The notes beneath the pieces were generated by a model. That model did not search any database. It saw only the letters and a list, made by a program, of their open reading frames with translations, and was not told the DNA's origin. From contig NC_068985.1 in the NCBI RefSeq assembly GCF_001194135.2, positions 107,026,771 through 107,090,770 of the forward strand: a stretch of DNA of 64,000 nucleotides, written 5' to 3'. Each line of letters starts with the position of its first letter. Positions within the stretch are counted from its first letter, which is position 1. Below are positions 14,100 to 26,079 of the stretch, piece after piece. This stretch comes from Octopus bimaculoides (lineage: Eukaryota). Position numbers and translations under genes: made by a program.

Positions 14100-15230
14100 G
14101 AGAGACGTGGGCTGATTAGCATACAGGAATGCATCAACAGAGAAAGAAGAAACATGGCAGAATATTTGGTAAACAGCAAAGAAGATCTACTACAGTATGC
14201 TGCTAGTGCAGAAGAGTTAACAAAAATAGACTTGAGAGTGCTCATGAATTCTGAACAAGAACAGCCAACAAGAGAGAAGAAACCCTACTCCATATGGAAT
14301 TACATGATCAGTTCCACCATGAAACCAACAAATTAAAAGACCAGGGAGCATCGTGGAGGTGACTCCAGAAGGGTAACCTAAAAATGAATACTGAGAGCCT
14401 AAGCATCGTTTCCCAGGACCAGGTATTGAATAGCATCTCAGTGAAAAAGAATATATGCCACACAAGTGCATCAGACCTCTGCAGAATGTGTGAGAAGAGG
14501 GTCAAAAGTGTGACTCACATTGTTAGTGCTTGTGAAAGTCTTGCACAGAAAAAGTACAAATGTACGCAAGACAAAGTAGTGCAAAACCTCCACTGGCTAC
14601 TATGTCATAAGTATGGATATGAGGTTACAGGTGCTTGGTACCAACATGCACCTGAAAAGGTAATGGATGAAAAGGGGAAGTCAAAAATCCTCTGGGGCTC
14701 TGATTTCCAGACAGACAAATTGTTAGAGCACTGAAGGCCAGATATAGTAACCTTTAGGAGAGACAAACAAGAGTGCTTAATAATCGATGTAGCAGTGCTA
14801 GGAGACCAACATATCATCATGAAAGAAAGAGAAAAAGTTGATAAATATGGGGACCTGAGAATTGAGATTACTAAGATGTGGCAGCTACGAGAGTCATACA
14901 TAAAGGTTATCCCTATTGTCTTTGGAGCATTGGGTTCAATACCACCCAATCCAAAAAAACATCTGAAAACCTTAGAGATACCTCACAATCTAGATGTATT
15001 GCAAAAGTTAGCATTACTTGGAACTGCATGCATATTGTGTAAAGTACTGTCTGTCTAAGGTCCTTGTTGTGACTTGACAAACACCACAAACCCCTGGTAG
15101 ATACAATAGAAATATGGCTAATAATTCTTTGTTGGCCACAAGGGTAGCAAAAACATCTAGGTCAATACAAAGACAAAGGATTGCAGGATTTACATAAAAT
15201 AAAACATGTAAAAAATAAAAAAACAATAAT
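14100..15230 (+). mobile_element. R4/Dong-clade non-LTR retrotransposon 3' portion (CCHC knuckle plus restriction-like endonuclease), pseudogenised
   Basis: CRMCEKRVKSVTHIVSAC knuckle. KILWGSDFQTDKLLEH*RPDIV..IIDVAVLGD..EREKVDKYGDL..VIPIVFGALG PD-(D/E)xK motif with an in-frame stop. Confidence 0.9.
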
Positions 15231-16129
15231 CAAAACAATTTTGAATAGGGGTAAAATGCCACCCAATAGCAACCAAAGGACCCCACAGATTCCAAGCCAC
15301 CCTGCTCTCTAGGAATACCATAGCAAGTGCTTCTCTTTCCTCTGAATCCCTCAGACTACAGGTGCCAACTTAGAGTAATCCCTCTCATTCAATCCATCCT
15401 TGCCAAATTCATCCACCACTCAACAAATTTACTGGTGGTGGGGCAACGCATTCCTCACCTTACTTTTTAAATAGAATTTTGAAAAGTTGATGAGGCTTTG
15501 ATTGAAGAGGAAAGTATCTGCCTTTAGTACTTTCAGTCATATTACATTCGAAAGAAAGGATACAATATTCAAGAACGAATACAATGTGTACAGTTGGCAA
15601 TATTACTTCTGCATAAGACATGTCAATTTTGGTATAGGACAACCAAGCACTAGGACTGATATCATCCTCATGGAATATACAGTCCCTGAAAAGTGCTGCC
15701 ATCTGGTAATTTAATAGGGTATATTGTAATGAGGTATAAAATACTATACATTATACATAGTACAGAAATACAGCAGTGGCAATAAGAATATGAAAATAAT
15801 AACAAGATATTGGTATAATAACAACACCCACAATGATGATAATGACTATGGTGGCATTGATGGTCTTTTCTTTATTAACCCCAAGGGCTTAAAGATACAG
15901 AAAAATGCAAACTGTTCACTAGGGAGTTTACAAAGAAAACATATAGGGTATTATGGATAGGTTATACAATAATGAGGGAAGTAAGTGTTAGTGTTATGCA
16001 ATATATAAAATAACAAATTGAGATTTTAAAAGCATTATTTGCATGGAAATAAATTTTGAAAATATACTTTAAAACTCATAAATAAATCAAAACATAATTA
16101 AAAGGTAATATAACAAAAAGTTACCTGTT

Positions 16130-16860
16130 AGGTTAGACTAGCAGATCCCTACATCTTCACTTGGTAGCCAGTTTTTGTAGATATTTCTTGTGTATCAAAA
16201 GTGTCCAAGAGCATTTTTGCATCAGCTGTAGTTGAAAAACACCAATGTCTTCAGAGTAAGATGGTATTAATTCTTTATAGTGCCTTTAGATGGTTTTTCT
16301 AAACAGCCTGTCTTTTGAATGTTGCCTACATTCTGAAATTAATTGCATTTGCATTATTTTTACGTCATTGAAAAATCCCTTGTACTATAGATACATGATT
16401 TCGTTGATTAATTGTCTGCTTCATATTCTAAGGATGATGAATCTCAAGTACTTTGTCCTCCTTTAATTAACCTCATTATTTTTCTGAGAAAGCATATCAT
16501 TTTTGTTTTGAAGACATTGTTCTTCGTCAACTGCTTTCATTGTTTTATGTTGATTTTGCAATTTTGGTAAATTTTTTCTTTAATGTTTCCTATGATACTC
16601 AGCATATTTTCTTCTGAAACAATTAGTTCTTCTTCGTTGTCATACGATGATAGATGGGCATTACTGGTTGCTACTGTTAAGATTGGGAAAAAATGTTTGC
16701 TCATTCTTAGACTGATTTTTTCTGTTATCCCTAGGTATTGGTTAATGGTGCTCTGGAAACTGAGGCTTGTTCTTTTTGCTGTCTCAGTTTATCTTCATTA
16801 CTTTTGTTTCTCATTAGTTTGCTTAATCTTTGTATTTCTTCAAGAGAAGAGGCTCTGAGG
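16130..16860 (-). mobile_element. Probable decayed R4-type LINE N-terminal fragment
   Basis: A-rich, Lys/Glu-rich broken frames resembling 2400-2900 and 42850-43300. No clear catalytic motif. Confidence 0.3.
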
Positions 16861-18081
16861 CTATTTTCTCTCTGACAAATATAGCAACTAGGCATTAATC
16901 ACATGTCCTTTATCTCAGCACCTTCTACTGGTACAATTCTAGAATAATATTGTAGCCTTTGTGTTGCATTAAAACTTGAAAATCCTTTTCAATGCCTCCT
17001 GACCACATGTTACCTCTCAACAGCCCTACTTTAAACATACATCTACACTGCAATGCAGAAGTGACAACCAGCTACAGATCCATATTGTTTCCTGTCATCA
17101 CTCTTATCACTTTTGTATTTGTTAGCTCCATACACTGGGACATAAATGTATTGGCTGCAGTAAGTCTAACAATTTCTGTGTTTTAACTGAGTAATTATTT
17201 TTTTAAATGCAGCAAATAGTACCAGAAATCTCATTAGAAGTAATGAAGTGTCTGTTGTAATTCTTGCGGAGGATAATTCAGTCCAGTTGCATTTTTGATA
17301 AAACACAGTTATTTTCTTCTTTACTTTCTCTTAGATCAGCTCCTGTAGCAAAGAAGTGCTGAATGATCTTAACAAAATTCTCTCAACTAATTTTTTTTTT
17401 ATCTTGAAAGTGCTTTAAGTCTAAAAATTCTGTTCTATTTATTATGTAATTGAGGCAAGATTTATTTTAATACAACTTCTATATGAATGATTAAAAGTGC
17501 ACATGTAGCCACTGTAATTGTTGTTACTATAGTAGTGATTCAAACCTTAACTATTAGGTAGCAGTGATTCAAACCCTACTTGTGACTAAGATTTGGTAGA
17601 AGATTTTAATTCAGAACTTTTGAAAACAAGACAGTTAAGCACCAGGAGTGAGTCACCACAGTTTCACATGATTGATCAATAAATCAACCAAATAGTGTGA
17701 AGCTATGGTGTGATATAGCTTTCTCAAATGTTCTAGAATCTACCCTCTGTCATCTTATAAAAGCAGTTTAGTGCTTAACTCATCATCATAGTGTACTGAA
17801 AATGACTGACTGGTTCATATGCCTCACCTCATGCCAGGCAGACAACTCGTTTCTTGGATACTGAGACAACCAACAGACTGCTGATGACACAGACCACCTG
17901 GGACTTTTCTGCTGACAACTCTCAGCACTTGGGCACACCATATAATGTCCCACAGATAGCTTTCTATATTCACAGACCATTTTTTTTTTTTTACCTCCCA
18001 GTTGGCAATTATTAATATTGTTCATTGTAAATAGCCAACACCAAATATATTACGTCCAGCAATAAATATAAAAGATAAATG

Positions 18082-18644
18082 TATTTATTTATATAAGGGC
18101 ATTACTATACATGAATGCCTCACGCTAAGAAGGACTCTAAGGTCAAACTACCATAATAAACACATTTTTACTGAACGCGAGGAAATGCAACTCTCAAAGC
18201 TAGCCCCTTAAAAACAGACTAAATTATAGATCATGATTTCGTAGTTATTGCAGTATTATGCAACTTCTACTCATCAGTATAATATGGTCAAGATAGATAG
18301 AAACAAATAGAAAATCAACATACCAAACGAACACCTCGTGTATCCATCGTAGCATATAGAAGATTGTTTATCCCTATATATCTATGTAAGCGGTGGGCTT
18401 TTCGAATTGCATCTCGGTACATGTGCTTTTTTTTTTCACAATAAATTCAACACTGAATATATTCTGGTTATTCATTTAATTAATTAATAATAGGATGAAT
18501 TCTTTTAGCTAGCATGAAAAAAACCTCATAAGGGAAAAACCCATAATTTATTTCACAAAATATATTTATTTATATAAGGGCATTACTATACATGAATGCC
18601 TCACGCTAAGAGGGATTCTAAGGTCAAACTACTATAGTAAACAC
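18082..18644 (-). mobile_element. Non-autonomous retrozyme / Penelope-pLTR-like unit: 481-bp period with 82-bp direct repeat, carrying the hammerhead
   Basis: 18082-18163 and 18563-18644 are direct repeats (4 mismatches in 82 nt). A-rich end on the minus strand, no ORF, embedded hammerhead. Confidence 0.65.
18217..18289 (-). ncRNA. Type I hammerhead ribozyme, complete core
   Basis: Minus strand reads GAC-CAU-AUUAUA-CUGAUGA-GUAG-AAG-UUGCA-UAAUAC-UGCAA-UAA-CUAC-GAAA-UCAUGA-UC^UAUAAU-UUA-GUC. Stem I 6 bp plus 3 bp, stem II 4+5 bp, palindromic stem III, AUC triplet. Predicted cleavage between 18229 and 18228. Confidence 0.85.
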
Positions 18645-18819
18645 TTCAGTTATTATTCACACAGTCAACAACATTCTGCACATACAGAGCAACAATTATA
18701 ATATAAACATCCACTTCAACAATGGCAACTCAGATGTTAAAGGTATATGATCGTTGATCAGCTCAACTCAAGCATCAAGGAAATCAACAACATTGCTATT
18801 TGTCTCCAAAACTTCACAT

Positions 18820-19075
18820 CACTTCATCCTGTTGCTTGATAGGGGCTGGGATCATCCCAGGTTAGTGGTCCAAGAGGTATCATTGTGTGTAGAGCTGACC
18901 AGGTCTATCAGAGCTCCCCATCACTGGCAGTCCCATGCCAGCTCCTCTGCATCCTCCAAGATAACGTTGAGCCTCTGGAGATCTTTCTTAGTCATGTCCA
19001 CCATCAAATGTGGGGCCTGAGCAGCTGGTTGGATGGACAACCATGTCATGGTATAGCAACCTTGGAGCTCTGAAC
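18820..19075 (-). mobile_element. RTE-clade LINE 3' end fragment
   Basis: Reads TKKDLQRLNVILEDAEELAWDCQ*WGALIDLVSSTH, followed by a GATGAAGT-type tail. Confidence 0.65.
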
Positions 19076-19474
19076 AATTTGTTGCAATATTTCTACTTAT
19101 TAATTATTTATTTAAATGCTAATTCTTCATTTAAATTTTTCCCTTTTTTCTTGTTTATTTGGTGGCATATTTTAATTTTTGTGTTTTTCCCTAGTTAGCT
19201 GTTGTAATTTTGTGTCAAGTACAATATTTATGTCTAGAAAAGTCTGTAGAACAAGTCTTTTTAATTGACTTCTCCTCCCATGCCCTACCCCCATGGATTC
19301 CTCAAGAAATTATAATTCTTTTAATCAAGTACTCCAAAAGAAATTTTATTTGGTAATGCTATAACTGACTTTGGAGTGAAATGAAAGCAATTGGGTATGC
19401 TTCAAGAATCAGTATCAATGATTTCCTTTATTTTAATAATAATAATTTCAGAGAACCTATAATATTAATAATAA

Positions 19475-19610
19475 TTCTTTCTTTTATAGGCACAAGACCT
19501 GAAATCTTTGTGGATGGAGGCTTGTTGATTACAGTGACCCCAGTGCTCAACTGGTACTTACTTCACAAACCCTGAAAAGATTAAAGGTAAAATTGATCTT
19601 GGCAGCATTT
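19475..19610 (-). mobile_element. ATT-tailed SINE 3' fragment
   Basis: ggcacaagacctgaaat...ctggtactta, reverse-complement copy. Confidence 0.7.
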
Positions 19611-20845
19611 GTTTAAAGTGGCCTACCCTATGCAGTCCACACCTCACACATGCTCTAAGTTACACTACTGGACATACTGTATGGAGTGAGGGAGGGTGTT
19701 TAGTGAAGTGGTAAGGACATGCTGTGTGTCATGTGGTGAAATAGTGAAGTCATAAGAGTTATTTGATATGGCAATCAAAGAATATTTTACCTAATATGTA
19801 TAGGACCTGGCAATCAATGTCTTACAAACAACTACCATCATTCAGTCATAGATACAGGGCTCAAATTTGGTAGGATGAAAATAGGTGATAAAAATCTACG
19901 CTAGTTTATTACTAAGTAAAATTTTGAAATTTTCTAATGGTTTACAAATTCAACAACGTAAGCAGATTATGCTGGGTGGCCAGTCTAAGTGTTTTTATAA
20001 TCATTGTTTTAATATCCATTTTTCTTTGCTTGCATGGCTCAGACAGTTTATATGAAGCAAATTTTCAGTGACTGGATGCCCTTCCTGTCACCAACTCTAC
20101 CTCTATTTTTAAAGTAGGCCAGACGTTTTTTTACAGAGTATTGGAAATGAATCACTTTCATTTACCACAATCGTGTGATGTCAAACAAGGACACACACAC
20201 ACATGTACACATACAAATATACACAAATGCACACATACATGCATATATACATACAAACTTACATGTGAACAAAAAACCATGTGGTTGGGAAATAAATCTT
20301 CTAATCATACAGCCATACCTGCACTTCTTACATATAAACAAAATGCAAATAAATATATTGGAATAAACTGCTCCAGCATGGCCTTTGCTATGATGACTAA
20401 AATGAAGTAAGGAATTAGATGTAGGTACACACCAATATAATTTCCTTCAGATGTTGGTGGCCATAACAGTAAGTAATGCTAAATATATTCAAGTTTTAAC
20501 TAACATATTGCCTTTTTGTTTTCATGCTTTCATGTGTTAATTTTTCATTTAATATCTGGATCTAACATTTCATCCAATTATGCAACAGAAAGGGGCAGAA
20601 TATGGCACATTATAAAATGCAATATACTATGGGTGTTGTGATATTTCTTCAGGAGTAAAAAAAAAAAAGGCAAAAAAAAAAACTACTTTCACACTGTCAA
20701 TTCTTTGTAGTTCTACCAGACAACCTCCCCCACTACATCCATACTGTTCCCCCCACCTCTTACATGCATTAACTTTCAAGGAGACAAAATCTATAATTAA
20801 GTTTGTTAATCTCAGAAATTTCATTTTTTTTTCCAGTTGATGAAC

Positions 20846-20876
<31 letters not shown>

Positions 20877-21663
20877 GCTTTCATTCTTCTTATCATTATT
20901 ATTATTATTATAGTTGTTGTTTTGGATTTTTGTGAGTTTTTTTTTCTTATTGTGAAGATATTTTGGAAAAGAGATGTTTGCTATTACCATGACAACCTCA
21001 GTTTCATTCCTCCATTAACTGCAGTGAAGACTATTGTCTGTACCATTGAAACCAACCAACAAACCAGATGATAGATTGATGTTATGTAAAGATGTGTGTA
21101 ATGGTGAACGGTGCAACGTGGCAGAAAAAGTGGGTTGGGATGGGGGTAGGTTTTGGGGAAAATAGTTGAATGTGATTTGGTGGTTATTATTGTTGTTGTT
21201 AGTGGTGGTGGTTGTTATGGTGGGGATGATGGAGGGAACAATATTTGTAGGTGTTTTTTGTTGTTGTAATGAGTTGTTCTTTTTGGTTGTAGTGGTGGAG
21301 CTGGAGTACTCGTTAAAGATGTAATGTTAATGAGAGTGGTGGTTTATAATGGCAGTGGAAAATAGTGAGAAAAGGAACCAGACCCACCCCTCCACTTTTT
21401 CTCCTTCCCGTCACCATAGCAACCAGCAAACTAAAAGACACTACTGAACCAATCAAAATTATTATAGATTCTTAAAGTAAACTTGTCAAGTGCGGAATGG
21501 TTTTAGTGTAGAGGATCAAGAAACGTGTTTGTGATCCAGCAGACAAGTTGTCAAAGATATTCTTTTGTTCAGATTCAGTGTACCAAAGATTACATTATCC
21601 AAAGTGTCCTTCCTTTTTAAGGCAGTGTGATTTGAGGAAGTCTTTTGCAGTTACTATCTTACG

Positions 21664-21921
21664 CTCCTGTGCAGGTGGCACGCAAAATACACCATTTCGA
21701 GCGTGGCCGTTGCCAGTACCTCCTGACTGGCCTTCGTGCCGGTGGCACGTAAAAGCACTCACTACACTCTCGGAGTGGTTGGCGTTAGAAAGGGCATCCA
21801 GCTGTAGAAACTCTGCCAAATCAGATTGGAGCCTGGTGTAGCCATCTGATTCACCAGTTCTCAGTCAAATCGTCCAACCCATGCTAGCATGGAAAGTGGA
21901 CGTTAAACGATGATGATGATG
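21664..21921 (+). mobile_element. GAT-tailed SINE/RTE-tail family, young copy
   Basis: Ends ggacgttaaacgatgatgatgatg. High identity to the reverse complement of 24165-24530 and to 52301-52741. Confidence 0.85.
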
Positions 21922-22229
21922 GTCAGAAAAAAGGTCCCTCATAATGGTGTTAGTTGTTCACGGTAGCAGTGGAGATGGTCATGGTGATGTTATTACTGAG
22001 CAAATCCATGTTACGTCTGATTGAGCAACTCTATAGCATGTAGACTATGAATACTAGATCCAATGTTCTTTGCAGAAGAGATCTTCATGGCTCAGTGGAG
22101 GGCAAGGCATTTGTAGCAACACATTGTGGACTGGAGAGAAACCAAGATGATGCAAATAAGACATCTTGGTCATCCATTGTATTCATCTCCATCCCCAGTC
22201 ATCTTGACCTGGTCTGGTCACTGAGTTAA

Positions 22230-22451
22230 CCCTTTTGTTGCCATATTTCTTTTGAGATGCTCTGTGTTTCTTTCAAGTAATTTTGAATATAACAAAGAAT
22301 TTAGTAAAATAACTTAGTTATCATTAAGCTAGTGTTAGGAACGTAAGTTGTGACTAAGGTTTGGTAGAAGATTTTAATTCAGAACTTATGAAAACAAGAC
22401 ATTTGTACTACAGAGCCAGAGCTGGTTTCAGCTGGGTGGTCGTCGAAAGGG
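22230..22451. mobile_element. piggyBac-like MITE with TTAA target duplication
   Basis: TTAA|CCCTTTTG...CGAAAGGG|TTAA. Internal sequence recurs at 17578-17640 and, reverse-complemented, at ~58660-58790. Confidence 0.75.
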
Positions 22452-22924
22452 TTAAAGATAGTCACAGACGAGAGAGTGAGGTCGACGGTCTGCAACTCTT
22501 CTCCACTTTAAACAAAGTCACCATGCAAATCAGCAGTCATCCTTAAGAATAACTCAATGGTCCTCATCACTCCAACAGATGAACATGAGAGATGCATGTA
22601 GTTCTAATTAATGTACCTGTTGTTTCAGATATACCATGCCTCTACTTGATAGCCTTACTCAACATTCTGACATGTGCTGGTTAATCATATGGAGTCAATT
22701 ATGACAATCTGGACATGTCATACTGTCAAACAGATCTGTCATGGAAGGATGGAATACTTTCCATCTTTGATCTTGTTATCTTTAAAGTTTATTGTCTCAA
22801 CAACTGCATTATACAATGTGTCCCGTTTTCTTAAGAAAATAGAGTATAATTTGAGGGAAATATGGTTGTAGCTAATAGATTGAGTGAGCTCAGAGTTTCC
22901 CTCATTAGCTTGTAGATTTTTGTG

Positions 22925-23120
22925 GTGGCACAATCAGATAAGGTAGACTCATTCAGAATACAACAGTTGCTAATTAATCTGTGGTCACAATGGAACAGGT
23001 TTGGTGGGCTCAATCAGAGTATAACAGTTGTTAATTTATCTGGTGGCCACCACAATGGAATCAAGTATGGTTGACACAGTCAGTATACAACAGTTTCTAA
23101 GTGATCTACTCTCACAATTG
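22925..23120. repeat. Degenerate ~60-bp tandem repeat, about 3 copies
   Basis: cagaatacaacagttgctaattaatctgtggtcacaatgga recurs three times with divergence. Confidence 0.6.
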
Positions 23121-23889
23121 GTGGTATACATTCCAACATAGTTTGGAAGCAAAGGCGGCCATCGATAGCCACATTATTTCCAAACAACTATTTTTGAATT
23201 GAATTGAAACTAGTTTCAGCTCATGAGCTGTGGCCATGCTGGGACATCACCATTATATACTGAGGGGATGGAGGGGTATGTTTATCTGGATTCAGTGGAG
23301 GAATACTGACCAAGTCAACAATACCTGATTCCATTATTAGGATGTAATGGTAGAAGTGTTTTAGGATGCTGTAGTAGATATGTATGTGCTTTAGACTACA
23401 ATATTAACAGAGACTGTATATGTGGTAGTGGGGAGTTTGTTTTTACAATAAACCAGTAATGAACAAGCTGTGGACTGCAAGACTTTCTGAATAACATACC
23501 TAATGAAAAATTAACTTGAATTATTTCAGTAGTGCAGCCTGCCATGTCTCATGTGGCCCATTTCTCATAAAAGGTTGCAATAAACCCTTGCATGTTGACA
23601 TGATCTTTCACATTTAGCAATTTTGTTTCGTTGTGTAAGTCATGAATGGATGTAGTTGATAACTGCAAGTATTTTAATTATGTTTAAGCATTACTTTGCT
23701 TTGTTTAAGATGTTTTCTGTGAATGCTGTAGTAGTATTGTGATTTTAGTACATTAGTTTTGAGGGAAATTTGGCTGCTGTTTCTAGCAAATCAAACAACT
23801 GCATATAGTTTCTGCATCAGCTTTCACTGTTTATGTGGTTGAATGTGATGATTAGTTGCAATCGATGTTCTTTGATATTGCCAAATAGG

Positions 23890-24070
23890 TGCAGGCATAA
23901 CTGTGTGGTTACAAGGTTTGCTTTGCAGCCTTGTGGTTTCAGATTCAGTCACACTGCAAGGCACATTGAGCCAGTGTCTTCTACTATAGTTCCAAGCTGA
24001 CCAAACTTTTGAGAGTAGACTTGGTAGTTAAAACTGGAGAAGCCCATTGTATATGTTTGTGTGTGATGGG
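23890..24070 (+). mobile_element. tRNA-head SINE (ggtgcaggcat.gctgtgtgg family)
   Basis: gtgtcttctactatag...gaccaaa...gtgagtagacttggtag...aactggagaagcccatt. Confidence 0.75.
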
Positions 24071-24164
24071 TCAGGTTAGTGTTTTGTTGTCCTCATTAAC
24101 ATCAAGTGAAAATACTGTCTTTGATTCCAGAGCTTGCTTCCACACTGGCAATTTGTTTTCTAAT

Positions 24165-24530
24165 TCATCATCATCATCATCATCATTGTTTAACGTCCGC
24201 TTTCCATGCTAGCATGGGTTGGACGATTTGACTGAGGACTGGTGAACCAGATGGCTACACCAGGCTCCAATCTGATCTGGCAGAGTTTCTACAGCTGGAT
24301 GCCCTTCCTAACACCAACCACGCCGAGAGTGTAGTGGGTGCTTTTATGTGCCACCGGCACGAAGGCCAGTCTGGCGGTACTGGCAACGACCATGCTCAAA
24401 ATGGTGTATTTTATGTGCTACCTGCACAGGAGCCAGTCCAGCGGCACTGGCAACGATCTCGCTTGAATGTCTTTACATGTGCCACCGGCACGAGTGCCAG
24501 GATGGCGACGCTGGGCACAGGTGCCGTCAC
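24165..24530 (-). mobile_element. GAT-tailed SINE/RTE-tail family copy
   Basis: catcatcatt-gtttaacgtccgctttccatgctagcatgggttggacg... Confidence 0.85.
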
Positions 24531-25029
24531 AATTTCGCTTTCTGTTACAGATTTTGTGATAAAAGCAAGACCGTCAGCATAAAGTAGTTTCCATAGGCAA
24601 CCAGTTTAAAATTCTTCTGTTATGGTCTAGAGGACCATGATGTATAGGAGGGGACAGAGAATCAAGCCCCAGTGAACACCTACCAACACACTTTATTCAG
24701 GAAAAAATAACCTTACTGACAACACCTCAGTACATGGCTTGTTATATCTCTTTACAAGTAATTCATCTAACCCTAGATTCTGAGAAACCACCATAACTGT
24801 TGAAGACTTTCTCTAGGTCAGCAAATGTCAAGTGTAAAGATTTACTCTTAGCTAAATGCTTCTCCTGAAGTTCTCTGACTAAAATAGATAACATCAGGCA
24901 TACTTCTACCTGGCACAAAAAGAAACTGCATTAATTAGGCTATAACTATCTCTCTCTCTCTCTGTAATGTATGCATGTATAAATCATTAAATGATGGTGA
25001 TTATATATATGTTTTGTGTTAGTCTCTAC

Positions 25030-25190
25030 CACCACCGACTCAACAACCATTGTAACTTAGTGGTTCAGCAAAATAAACTGATAAAGTACCAGACTTTAAA
25101 AAATAATACTGAAGTTGATTTATTCAAAACCCTTCAAGGCAGTGCCCCCAGCATGGCTGCAGTCCAATGACTGAAATAAGTAAAAGATAT
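25030..25190 (+). mobile_element. SINE fragment (same family as 11975)
   Basis: aaaacccttcaaggcagtgcccccagcatggctgcagtccaatgactgaaa. Confidence 0.7.
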
Positions 25191-25616
25191 TAGTCTTGAA
25201 CATTAAAGTTATTTTAATAAATTTTTCATTATTTTAGAAATCAATTAAAACAGAAGCAAATATATTTTTAACAAAAGGGTTAAATACAAAATTATGTTAT
25301 TAAGTAATACACATGAATTTGTCCTTGTTTTAGCAATGAATAAGCACAGGATTGAAACAAGACAAAAAAAAAAAAANNNNNNNNNNNNNNNNNNNNNNNN
25401 NNNNNNNNNNNNNNNNNNNNNNNNNNNNNNNNNNNNNNNNNNNNNNNNNNNNNNNNNNNNNNNNNNNNNNNNNNNNNNNNNNNNNNNNNNNNNNNNNNNN
25501 NNNNNNNNNNNNNNNNNNNNNNNNNNNNNNNNNNNNNNNNNNNNNNNNNNNNNNNNNNNNNNNNNNNNNNNNNNNNNNNNNNNNNNNNNNNNNNNNNNNN
25601 NNNNNNNNNNNNNNNN

Positions 25617-25665
<49 letters not shown>

Positions 25666-26014
25666 GGGAGTAAGATAGTGTGAGAGGGGGGCAAGGGGAT
25701 TACACAACACTGTACAAAACAGATATCCAAAAATAACAGAATAAACAAAAGAGTCTGAATTTAATTTTATTTTTTTAAAATTTGGTTTGGGAGTGGGGAT
25801 GGGTTATATCTGAGCAATGTGTGACCATAGGCCATGGGCAGTGTTTGTGTATGTGTGTAAATGAATAAAAGTGGGCAAAATGTTTGTGGGTAGGTGAATC
25901 AAATCTAAATTATGTGAGAGCAAGGGATTGAGGATTTGTCAGGAGCATCGAAAGGAAAAAATTTCATATCTGAAAAATGTAAGAATTTAAAACTAAACAC
26001 ATTCACACATGTAT

Positions 26015-26079
<65 letters not shown>

